This document shows, one piece after another, positions 43,715 to 54,987 of a stretch of DNA of 64,000 bases. Both the position numbers and the translations under genes were made by a program. The DNA is from Heteronotia binoei (taxonomy: Eukaryota). The first letter of the stretch is position 1; the number at the start of each line of letters is the position of its first letter. The stretch lies in contig NC_083224.1 of the NCBI RefSeq assembly GCF_032191835.1, positions 51,460,001 to 51,524,000 of the forward strand. The letters run 5' to 3'. The notes beneath the pieces are model-generated. The model saw nothing but the letters and a program-made list of their open reading frames with translations. It was not told the DNA's origin and did not search any database.

Positions 43715-45608
43715 CTGGGGTGTCAAACATGCGGCCCAGGAGCTGAATCAGGCCCCTGGAAGGCTCATATCAGACCTCGAGCAACTGGCTGTCATCTGCT
43801 TCCTTCTCCGTCTCTCCTGCTTCCTTCTGCATCACAGCTTGCTTTGTAAGGTTTGCTCAGTTGCACAGAAGCTACATTGGTTTCTCCATTGGCTGAGGTT
43901 TCTCCTTTTGGGAGGAAGGGGGGGAGAGGCAGAGCTTGTTTTTCCAGGCTCTTTCAATCACACAACAAAGCTACTGAGCCAAGCCTCTCTTTCTTCTATT
44001 GGCTGAGGCTCCTCCCCCTCCTGGTCCCCTGTGTTAAGCCAAATGCCCTCCAAACGAAGTTGGGGAATTAGTTAGGTGGGCACCTGGCTCACTAGGAATC
44101 TTTTACCAATGTATACAAGAATACACGTCCAGAAAAGTGATGCTTAAATATTTGGGACTCTAATTTAGTAAAACCAATTACAATTTATTGAGAAAAATAT
44201 AGTCTTCCATACAAGTTTAAAACACATATACAATCACACATTCACACAGTCCTAGGAAATATAGATAGATGGATGGGGGAACATATAAGGGTAGACACAC
44301 AGGGTAATATTTACCATCGTAGTCTTTGAGGAAGGTTCCAATGGCGACATAAGAGGACAGGGGAAATGGACCCAAAACTGTGGCCAGAATTGGGGATGGA
44401 TCTAGACAGCGGAACTGGGATACTGTTAGATGCACACATGAGTGGAGTTGGGTCAGAGGTTAAATAGGCTCCCTTGGCCCCCTTAGGGGATGGGAGGTGA
44501 CGGGGAGGAGAGATGGGAGGCTCTGTGATGACCATGAAGGCTGGACATTAGCAGAGCCAATGGTGAGTCCTTTGGTGACATCCAATTGGGTGTCATCTTT
44601 AACCAATGAACTTCACCTTAGTCCTGTGAACCTGGAAATTTCCAAGTTGCAATATGGCCTAAGGCGGCTCCAAGGTGTTAGACTGGGGTAAGAATGGGAA
44701 TGGCTGGATACTTAAGGTTAAATGGGATTATCTGAAAAGGTGATAATAGAGAATCAAATACTGGCCTAGGTATCACCCGGGTAAGACAAAAGACTTGGTT
44801 GATGGAGGAGATGGTCTTCCTCTTTTCTCATCATCTTCTGAGCAGCCGTCTTTGTTCTGGGTTTCGTTAGACAAACAGGAACATTAGTTGAGCTGTTAAT
44901 CAATTCATGGGGCAGATGGGTTGCTTGCGAGCCAAGGGTGACACAGGGTGTGTACGTGAGCCTTCCACTATGAGGGAATGAAGTCCAGCCTGGCAGGAAG
45001 ATGGACTCTGGTGGTGTTAGCCCTTGGTTCATGGAAAACAGGCTAGAAACTGCTTGCCTGTACAGTTCATGGTGGTGTGGCTTCTGCCACTGCAGTGGCC
45101 AAGACTGGGCACACAAGGAGTAGCTGGCAGCTCATTTGTAGAATGCTGCTGCAAAGCTGAGGCTTATAGTATCCACATAAGCCTTAGAAACTGTAAGCAA
45201 AGTCCACTTCTTAGAGCAGATGTGTGAGAGTCAAAACTCCAGGCACCCTGGCAACCATACTGGTGATCACGATGTCCATATGTATGAAAAGTAGGGGGCT
45301 TTTTCCTCACACCTGTGGAAGGAAGGAAAGAACCAGAGTTTCCTTTGCCCAGTTCCCTTGATCCCATGGAAGAAATACAAAGAAAGCACCTTTAAAACCA
45401 AAGAGTGCTAACATTTTAAGCATGTTTTTAAAGTTTTTAAAAAATATATATTTATTTTGTTTGTCTGTGTTCTTTACAAAATTTATATATCTGCTATCCT
45501 AATCTTAAATAGGTACACACATGGCCTGGCCCGGCCCAACCCAACATGGCCTGGACCAACAAGGTCTCATTTATGTCCGATCCAGCCCTCATGAGTTTGA
45601 CACCCTTG
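43715..45608. mobile_element. hAT non-autonomous element carrying an LTR insertion
   Basis: TIR ctggggtgtcaaac / gtttgacacccttg. Perfect 8-bp TSD ccctagag. Confidence 0.9.
44032..45311 (-). mobile_element. Long solo LTR (1280 bp)
   Basis: TG...CA ends and a 4-bp TSD cctg. Minus-strand AATAAA near 44185. The hAT sequence resumes seamlessly after it. Confidence 0.75.
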
Positions 45609-46214
45609 CCCTAGAGTGTTCCAAGCATGCCAGAAGTGGCATTATGTCCAGAAAGCACACATTGAAGAGTGAGATCCTGTTATGGATCCTATACAGTAAA
45701 AGAAACAATGAGGGAGGTGAATCACCTTGTTTCCTTTCAAGACTCAGACCTCCTTCTTGGATTGTATCCTATAAATATGCTCAAATCTTACTTTGTTGGG
45801 GAAGGTCGGCGGTGAATCCTGCGGTTTTGGAAGCCCAGGTGTGGAGAGAATGCTGTCAAAGTACCCTCATGTCATGTAACGTAAGAACTTGTCTTAGCCA
45901 TTGTAACCCTGTTTTAATTCTGCTACAATGATGCTGAAAATCTTTTTGTATTTTGGAGAGAAGCTTTTATCTCTTTACTTTTGTCATTATCTTTTATCAA
46001 GTGCTGTGTGAGTTTTGGAATACTATGATGGATTTGTACACTATGTAAAGGCAATTCATCCTTGTACCATTGGGGTTAAAACAGCATACCAAGGATTTTG
46101 TGGGGGGTCGGGTGGGAGAAGACCTAACCATGTATTTCTACTGAGAGGGGAAGGTGTTAGGAAAGGAGGAAATGTACGTTTAGAATAACACAGTCCTATC
46201 TGTGGGAAGGGGGG

Positions 46215-46842
46215 AATTTTTGCAGGCTTCTCCCCACTGCCAACCAGCTGGCCGGTAGAGGGAAGCTCTGCCCCAACAGCCATGGCAGGCTTAAAAGAAC
46301 CTTGCTGGTGTTTTGGACCGTGAGCCTTTAAATCTCAGCTGAAAGAAAGCTGCATGGGCAGGGTGAGCAAGCAGAGGCACGTGGCTCTTCCTGGTGAGTG
46401 TGTGAACCATGTGAAGTCGGTGCCATCCCTCTGTTTGTTTTGCATTGCTTTCAGAAATTGTGTGTATAATAAAATGGAGTTAACTAGAACCTGATTGTGG
46501 AATGGGGGAAAACTCCACCCCCTAGGCTGCTCTCCTTTCATTTTCCTGTTAGTCTGCAGAAGTTGACTGAAATACAGCAGATGACTCCATTCAGCAACTC
46601 CCATGAGTAAATTGCCCCAGTGAGGTCACAAAAGTGTGTGCTTGCAAAGTATTTATTTTGGTTGCTTTTGTGTATGTGTGTTTGTGTGTGGTTACTTTTA
46701 TTTAGTGGAAGTGCAGCTGTGAGGGGGGGATGAGGAAATGAAGACTGTATTTATTTATTTAGTCAGTTTAAGGAATGGAAAAGTCTCCAGCCTCCACCCC
46801 CAAAGTTCCCAGATATTCTCTGAGTTGGACCTGGCAACCCTA
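46215..46842 (-). mobile_element. hAT-derived non-autonomous element, inverted paralog of 6695-7339
   Basis: Colinear motifs (ttttgtga..tcactg..caatttactcatg, atctgctgtatttcag, gagatttaaaggc). TIR ctggcaacccta. Confidence 0.7.
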
Positions 46843-47865
46843 AATCCTAAGGTTACATCCCAGGAAGGAAGGGGATAGGCTTGTGTTGGTTGATGGAGTT
46901 GGAAAAGGAAATAGAATGCCGGTCTCAATTTAACTCCGTTCTCTAGATTTAAGTAACCACAGAACTGACTATGTTATGAATTAAATAAATAGATAGAATT
47001 AGACAGTTACAAAGAGCTGCAATTGTAAATTACTTGATTTCTGCTTGTATATATGCCTGGACACCAAGCACTATGGAATGGATCTAGGCTAAATTTTCTG
47101 AGATTTCCTGCCTCCCCTCTCCAGTAGTAGCTCATTGATCTCCACAAAATAGTGTCCGGCGGGGGTGGGGGGGGAGCGTGGAGTATGAGACCTTGAGGAA
47201 TGGCATGGGCGGGGGGGGGGGGGGGGCTAAAGTGAGAAGGAGGAATAATCTAAAATTGCCAATTTAGTCTGGATCCAGTCTTATGGGTCAAACAAGACAT
47301 GAGAAAGGATATCTGTGGTTGGGATCTCTAGTTTAATTGAAAATCTAATTAGTAGCCTTACAGGGTTGCTTTGAACTTCAGAGAAGGATTCCTGGAGAAG
47401 ATGTCTAATGCCTTCCTTCTGTGCCTTTTCTTTAACTTTAATCAGTCCTCTCATGTAGAAAAGACAGGTAGAGCATCTGTCCCTGCAAAGCGAAGTTAAA
47501 TGTTGAAAGGGGTGATTTTAAATCAGGGAAGAGGCAGGTAAGGAAAAGGTTAACCATGCCCATCATCAATACCCCTTCCTCACTCTTCAAAGCAGCTTCA
47601 TGGAGCTAATTAGTTAAAGAAATGAGGGGGATCTTAGGGAGCAATCCTTAGCAGGTCTATCAGAACTAATTCCCATTTTATACAATGGGGCTCACTCCCA
47701 GGAAAGTGTTCTCAGGATTGTATTGTAAGTGCACAGAGCCTTCCAGATACAGATAGTTGGGATAAAATAGTGTTTCTAGATCAGATCAAATAAAATATCC
47801 CTCTTGTTTGTTTAGTAGAGATGTAAGCATTTGAACATGAGAACTCAACACATTGTGGTGGCAAG

Positions 47866-48058
47866 TGCTGTAAAGTCACAGCCAATTTATGATGACTCCT
47901 AGGGTTTCCAAGGCAAGAGACAAACAGAGGTTGTGCGCCGTTGCTTGCCTCTGAATAGCAGCCCTGAACTTCTTTCGTGGTCTACCATCAGAGTACTAAT
48001 CAAGTCCAACCTTCTTAGCTGCTGAGATCTAATGCAATCAAGCTAGCCTGGACCATCC
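47866..48058 (-). mobile_element. 5S rRNA-derived SINE, old copy
   Basis: Reverse complement gives ggatggtccaggctagcttgat...gctaagaagg...ttagtactctgatggtagacc plus the same tail. Confidence 0.7.
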
Positions 48059-48334
48059 AAGTTAAGGTAAACACATTGTAGTTGAGTTAAACACAGGGCA
48101 TTAAACATGAGTTCCTTAAAGAGGCAAGTGGGTTATCCCTATCACCCTGTACTCTGGATCCTAGTGTGTGACAGGACTTGACAGTTCATGATTCATGTAA
48201 ACACCTTATATTTGGCCTACTGTGTTATATTTTCTTTTGGATTCTACTTTAAAAAATAATTTGTTTGATCAAGGTCATGGATTCAATTTGAAAAGGTAAC
48301 ATGTTTGTTTACATTAAAGTTTGATTATACTGTA

Positions 48335-49100
48335 AATTCGGCCCTGCCCTGGCCAAGCCACGCAGTGGCTTCAGGCTGCGGGCTCGCCCCCTTTGCCTCC
48401 CTGGAGGATGAAGGCTGCCCAGATTCCCGGAAATACAGGAACTGGAGGAGGGCGGAGCGTCGGGGCTATATCAGTCCCAGCCCCGCCCTCCATGGCACAG
48501 TTTTTGCACGGCTGTCAGCCCACCCACCCTTTAGTAGTACAGGCTCTGGCCGGTCGCCTTGTTGGAGGCCAGGTAAGAATTTTTTCACTTTCACTTGATT
48601 GTCTGTTGGTGGAGTGTTTTTCGCCTACCTTGTACTGCAATTAGGAGGTGGAAGGTTAGGAAAGTTGATAGGTTTAAAGTTTATTGGCCACTTGGCAGAA
48701 GGAGGATGGGGTTACTGTTATCGGTGACCACCCAGGGCTATGCACCACTTGGGTGCAGGCAATCTGCAGGAGCAGCAGATGGGCTATATGCCTCAGTGCC
48801 GCATAATGCAGATCATAATGATGGCTCCATCCAGGACCGGCTCTTTCGGGTGATCAAGGCTGAGAACAGGGTGAGGGCATTTGGCCCAGCCAGCCCAGCA
48901 TTAGCCACATTATGTTGGCTCATGCCGGGGGCAGGGTGGCTCGCCCATTTCTGGACAGGGAAGGGTCATGGGATGACCCTGGGGCTTGTCCAGCTTAGGT
49001 AGCCCTTGCCATACAAGATAAGTCACAGTTATGTTAATAAAGTGGCCCGTTTACCCATATACATGTGTCAGCCTCTTTATTTCGACTGGGGGGGGGGGAA
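48335..49100 (+). mobile_element. Solo Ngaro A-spacer-B unit (766 bp), highly diverged
   Basis: Starts aattcggccc and ends gactggg...gaa. Conserved spacer at 48536-48636 and AATAAA at 49036. Confidence 0.85.
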
Positions 49101-50333
49101 TTAGATTTTAAAAAAACACTAATTAAAGTAAACAAACATTTTCTGAAAAATAAAACATTTTAAAATCTACCCTGATTCACATATATATGGTAATAGATCC
49201 AGATCATTGCACTGAATTGTCTTGATAGATGTACCCCCTGAATGATACCTTGGCCTACACATGCAACATCTAAGAGCAAATTTGTTGTTGTTATTTCCTT
49301 TGTCTGTACTTTTGGCAGCAAGGCTTCTAATGTAGACGTCCCAAAATGAAGCAAAGCAGGTTTATGAATTCTACCATCTGGTAATTTAGTATGATATGTA
49401 TGAGAAAAGCGTAAACCTCTTTTTTTCACCACTACCATGCTACAAGTCATGAACTCTAGAGGAAGTTGTCTTTGCTCAGATGCATCACTTCTTCACGGTT
49501 TAAAACATAATATTTACTTATATCCTTCTCTTCCTACTCAGAGTTGGCTTATTCAGGATGAGACCTAAAATAATAATAACAAAGCAACAGCTTTGGAAGA
49601 AACCTGTTTCCACTGTAGGTTTTGTGCTCACATACTTATTGTGTGTACAAATTCTAGAGAGTTTACAGGCATGGAGATACATTCTCCGCTATCACAGTGT
49701 TGCAAATATTCAATATCATAGAGTGCACCTCTAATTTCTTTTCTAATTAGCAGTTCCACACTGGGGAACCAATAGTCACAGGGAAAATATGTAGCTTTTC
49801 CTATTTCATAACCTTTTACCTTCAATATCCCTTCTACATTTTTAATTTAGCAGTTATGGTCCACATCTGGTACTAGGCAGTATTGGATTAACATCCAGGT
49901 CACATCCTTACTTCCCTTCCGGTGACGAAGCTGTAACACAGGATTTCAAAGCCATTACATTTGTCTCACCACCTGCGATAACGGTGCCTTGACATTTATG
50001 TAGTGGTTTCTGAAAGTAATGAATTATATCCCTCTGAGGCACAGTGAACAGACGGATGTGTATGAATTACATACCTCTGTATTTGTGAATTGAGTAGGAC
50101 AAAGTGTACAGAACAGTTACAATATGGCATCACTAATATCGGCAACTATATGAATTACACAGAGCAGCAACAAAACCAGTCTCTTAAATTTTGTAGCAGG
50201 ATGCGATGAGTTTGCATGATTTTGACCCAAGTACAATTGAAATACTAACAGCAATCCTGTGTTATAAGTAGCTGGGGGAACCTGTCTTTTTCTGGCTAAA
50301 GGACTCAAGGTGCTTGAGCCAATTTGTTATAGG

Positions 50334-50605
50334 CAAGGGTTGCCAAGTCCCTTGCAGCCTCTGGCTGTACCATAGAGCTTCCCCTCCCAAATGGCTAGAG
50401 CGTCCAGAAAAACCATAGAGTTTTCCCAGAAACGCCTAGAGTGGCTGTCACGCGATGTCACCAGTGTGATGATGTCATTTCTGGGTAACGTCATGGTGCC
50501 AGTGATGTCGGGGGAGGTTCCCCCTGCCAGCCCAATGTGGGCTGGTGGGTTGGGAACCTCCCGGGCAGGGGAATCCCTACCCGGACTGGGGGCTTGGCAG
50601 CCCTA
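50334..50605. mobile_element. hAT MITE (TAGGGTTGCCA family)
   Basis: agggttgccaagtccc / gggggcttggcagcccta. Imperfect 8-bp flanks gttatagg / gttctagc. Confidence 0.7.
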
Positions 50606-51414
50606 GTTCTAGCTCATCGTCATTTGAAAATTGTTGATGAAAACATTGTTACTGGTTATTGTTGTTTATTCACATATAGGTGTATGCTAAGGCTGTCAGT
50701 TAATTAAACAAATGGCAGTGCTGGCCTAAACCAAATGCTGGATAAATTGTGCTGTGGAGATTGAGGGAATCAAAGTAGGCCTCCAAACACACGCACACAG
50801 ATTGGGGGGGGGGCACAATCAAACAAAATAGAAACCCCGGAGTAGGTAAAATGTTCTGTCCAAAGGCAGATGTTGCAAGGGATCTTTCTCTAATGACAAG
50901 GGTGAGTGAAAACAGTACAAAAAGATGTTGAATCTGCTGTCTCTTTCCCTTTTTCTAAAGATTACTGTTGCTTTTTGAGACATTTGAATCTATGTAATTA
51001 TATACACTTTTCCTAATACCTTGCTTTCTCTAAAATCTATGAGTGATATATGCTTCTTTTCCTTGTTTCTCCCATCTTGTTCTGTTGAACTGAGTGAATA
51101 TTATATGTTCTGGTGTTTGTTATTTGTTCAGTAAATACAGATGTAAAAATGCACCTGGAAACATTCTTCATGTCATGACTGCTGTAGTTCCAGCCTTCCA
51201 CTCACAAACACTTCTGGGATTCCTGTCCACATTTAGTGTTGGAAATGGCTGTTCTGCACAGTCTTGCAGTGGGTAAAGGAGTGCTGAAGGATTCTGTTGG
51301 TTAGAAAAACAGGAAGGGAGAAGCAGAGGCAAATGACAAGTCATAACAAAAAACCTAGCTGTAGCGTAAAGCCAAAACAAAAAAAATAGCCCTTGCAGAA
51401 CCTTTTGATGATTA

Positions 51415-52144
51415 TTGCCCCCCCACTCAGAAGAACGAGACAACACGGTATATTGGGTAATAAACAGGGCAACTTTATTGAACAAGAACAGCCTGGGGCA
51501 AACTAACTACTGCCGGACAGGCCAAGGGAAACACCCCAGACCCTTCCCTGTCCGGAAGGGCGAGCCACCCAGCCCCCAACAGCAGCCCGTTAAACCGGCT
51601 GCTGCCAGGCTGGCGCAGGCAGGGTATACCCCCAAATGGCACTGCCGCCCACCCAGGAACGGCCTGCCATAGGAGGGAACCCTATAGCGGGCAAGACAGC
51701 AGACAGCTGTACAGCCCCGCTGCCATCCGATCCCACTACTTCCCTTAAAACCGGGAAAACCATTGGTGCACACTGAAAACCTGGAAACCTAGTTAAACTC
51801 CTGCCAATAAAGCTACCAAACCTAACCCAACCTTAAGGCAAACAGTACAAGGTAGGCGAAAAACATCCTAACCATGGCCAATCAGTTAGGATGAAAAAAT
51901 TCCTACCTGGCCCCGTAAACTCGGCGACCGGAGAAGCATGTACTATTGCAGGGTGGGAGGGTGGGCCAAAATCACCAGCGAAGTGCGTGGCTCTGGGCAT
52001 GGCTGGGCTTATAAAAGCCCCCAAACCACGCCCGCAACGTCCCCGGATGGAAGAGGACCATTTGCCTCGGCTCCATCCGGGGAGGCAAACGCGGCCCCCG
52101 CCCTATGCCGCCGGACGTCGGTGCGTGCGGGAAGGGGCCGGATT
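51415..52144 (-). mobile_element. Solo Ngaro A-spacer-B unit (730 bp), moderately diverged
   Basis: Starts ttgcccccccc..gaagaacgagacaacacgg and ends gggaaggggccggatt. Colinear with 37-756. Confidence 0.92.
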
Positions 52145-52199
52145 ATGCACAGAATTGCTACTGGAAAAACACAAATCCTGCTGTGTTGATCCCTGTGTT

Positions 52200-52790
52200 A
52201 CCTACCCTCACAATTTCTATTTTTTTGTACTTCAGGATCCTCTGGCCTTCCAAGGTCAGAGGCTTGGATGAATCTATCCATTTTTTTATATAAAGATTGG
52301 GTCTCCTGATTAAGGCATATATTTCTTTAGGCGCTTTCCAGATGAAGTAGCTTAGTGTCCTGAAATCTCCAGGGGCACTTTAATCAAGGATCTTTTCAGT
52401 GGCCCTCCCAAGCTTTCACATTGCAGCCACAACTAATGGCCCAGCTTCACAGGATAACATCCAAGCCTCTTAGAATCTCCCTCATAAAGACGACTTGCTT
52501 CACTCAAGAGCTCAGGAAGGGCCTTTAGCCTGTCTCCTGACCACCATCAGTAGATGCGAGTCATACCTGCCACTCAGTTCAATCACTTGCAACTAGACCC
52601 ATATCCCCATTACATCCTCTAGATACTCTTATATGGTACGAGTATACAATAAAAAAAACTGAACTGTCTTGTGGCAATTCCGATCCTATTCACCAGTGCA
52701 TTCTCCAGTTCTAAAGCTGCATCAATCACAGTGCAACCAATATTTCACTGATAGGCAGTCAGATCTTGAAGCTTTGACCCAATACCATCA
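52200..52790 (-). mobile_element. Possible ancient L2 ORF2 (endonuclease) remnant
   Basis: Only weak, stop-riddled similarity by eye. Confidence 0.35.
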
Positions 52791-53874
52791 CAGATCCTAG
52801 TTCTGCACCAGTTTTGATTAAAATGTTGCTTCACCTCTTCATGTCCAGATAAATCCATGCAGACAACATGTGGTTCATTGGCTGAGCAACAGCTCTCCCA
52901 GGATTGTTCTAAGACGGCTTGTCTTAAATAAATTCAAGGTGTTTGGCAGATTCAGGGTAATTCAAATCAAGAACTTACAAATATGTCTGAATACCCAAAT
53001 TTCACAGTTTTGTTCCTTCTTTCTTCTGTTGGTAAGTCAGCTGCAATTGTGGTTACTGCTAGACAGCGGTATAAGTCTATATGCCACTACCCCACCAGAC
53101 TACTCCTTGGATTTACTGTCCAGCATAGCAGCATTAGCAGGAAAGGCTCTTCTTGCCTCCCTGAACAAAGTGGTATCCTGGGAGATATTTATAGTCACCA
53201 TAATGTTATTCCCCTGCCAAGCTATTACTGAAATAGGCTATGAGTATATCATAGGAGATGGAATTTTTAATGGCACAGTGGTTGTGTTTTTTCCCCCATC
53301 CTATGAATTGGAAGCTACACTTCCTTACTAATGAGTTGTTTAATCCAATTAATATTTCTGCCAAGCTGGCTCAAGAAAGGAGAGTGCAGTTCTAAGGAGA
53401 GCTATCACCTTCTAAGCTCATCGACTTCAGTGGATGCAAAAGGCTGTAACTCTGTTTAGGATTGTGCTATTAGCTCAGAACTACATGTTTGGCAGCAAAG
53501 ATGGGATTCCTAACTCTGGAGTGGGGAAGGTGTCCTCACCACTTGCCCTACCCATTACTTTTCCTTTGCAGATCTTCTCTGTTGCCAGTTTCTCCACGAC
53601 CAGAGTTTTGGGATACATTTGCTAGTCAGCGAGGGAAATGCAGCAATGGGAAAGGGGTTGCAGAGGGAAAGTGGTAGGCTATCTGCTACCTTGCCTTTTA
53701 GCAGCAAATATGAGAATCTCTGTGTTTACCACCAAATGTACCATTCTTTCCTTTCAAGCTAGAGGAAGTGGGGGTATATTCCCATATTCTGATGTCTTGG
53801 TCATGTCAACTTGGCTTTAAAGGAAGACCACAAAATATTCTAAGGCTATTTAGCCAAGAAAAAAGGCAAGTAAA

Positions 53875-54003
53875 GGGAGACAAGACTGAGGTTTATAAAA
53901 TTATGCATGGTGTGGAGAAGTTTCTCCCTCCCTCATAATGCTAGAAGCCAGAGTCATCCACTGAAGACGAAGGGTGGGAGATTCAGGACACACAAAAGGA
54001 AGT
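53875..54003 (+). mobile_element. CR1 ORF2 C-terminal fragment
   Basis: agggagacaagactgaggtttataaaattatgcatgg...attcaggacacacaaaaggaagt. Confidence 0.7.
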
Positions 54004-54125
54004 AGACAGCCAGGCCGGCAACAGACTCTAATCTGGAGAACTGGGTTTGTTTCCCCATTCCTCGACATGAAGCCTGTTGGGTGACCCTGGGCCAGTCACA
54101 GTTCTCTCTGCCCCACCTACCCTCT
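54004..54125 (+). mobile_element. Squam3-type SINE fragment
   Basis: gactctaatctggagaactgggtttgtttcccc...gggtgaccctgggccagtcacag. Confidence 0.65.
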
Positions 54126-54340
54126 CCATCCCCTGCCAGTGTGACCACCCTACCTCCAAAAGATGACTCAGGTTTGAGGAATGTTAGCATATCTGTGTTT
54201 TCAGATAAATATTTGGATGTGCAACTCTAATTTGTAGCTTGTTGCAACAACATAATCTTCAACTAATTCACCAACTCTTCCTTGAACAGTAGGATCTGGG
54301 CATATATATCCATACCCTAGACACTTCCAGATTAGATTAC

Positions 54341-54512
54341 TGTTACACAACCTTCAGGTGGTAGCTGGTGATCTCCTGAGATTACAACTGAAGGTGAACT
54401 CTAAGGCATTATACCCCATTGAAATTTCTCCCGTCCCCAGACTCTGCTCTCCTCATGCTCTACCCCACCCCCCCATCTCCAAGTATCTCCCAGCCTGGAG
54501 CTGGCAACCCTA
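54341..54512 (+). mobile_element. Short hAT MITE
   Basis: Ends ctggagctggcaacccta. Paralog of 58142-58328. Confidence 0.65.
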
Positions 54513-54936
54513 GCAATGCATTCTATGTGCCTTTAACAATGGTTCAGAAACTTTAGAATGCAGAAGGCTTCTGTCAGGTACTAATTACTGGGAACACAAC
54601 CTTCCAGAGCTGCCAATTTCTGTGCCCAGTTCTAAGGGCTGCTTCTTTTTCAAGCTCCGATTGGTTTGGGACCAGAGCTTTTAAATTCTTTATCAGCAGT
54701 TCTGCTTTCTGTGTTGTCAGGATTGGAGCTAAGGTATGGGTATGCTAAGCTCAGCGGCATTCTGTTTAAGGCACTGTTTTTGGAATGTCTTTCTGGCACC
54801 AGGTTTATTGGTATTTTACTATCGCATTAAGACCTGGTTGTTCACACAGCAATTATTCTGTGAGTTCATAGTTTGGTAGTGGGTTTTGGTTTTAGATATG
54901 TTGTTTTGTTTGTTCTTACTGTTGTAGTTGATATTT

Positions 54937-54939
<3 letters not shown>

Positions 54940-54985
<46 letters not shown>
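54940..54985. repeat. (CT)n microsatellite
   Basis: Read directly from the sequence. Confidence 0.95.

Positions 54986-54987
<2 letters not shown>

Noticed and set aside
35417-45616. Shared CTAG-like centre in several hAT TSDs
   Set aside because: It matches the known target preference of Charlie/Buster-type hATs and is not novel.
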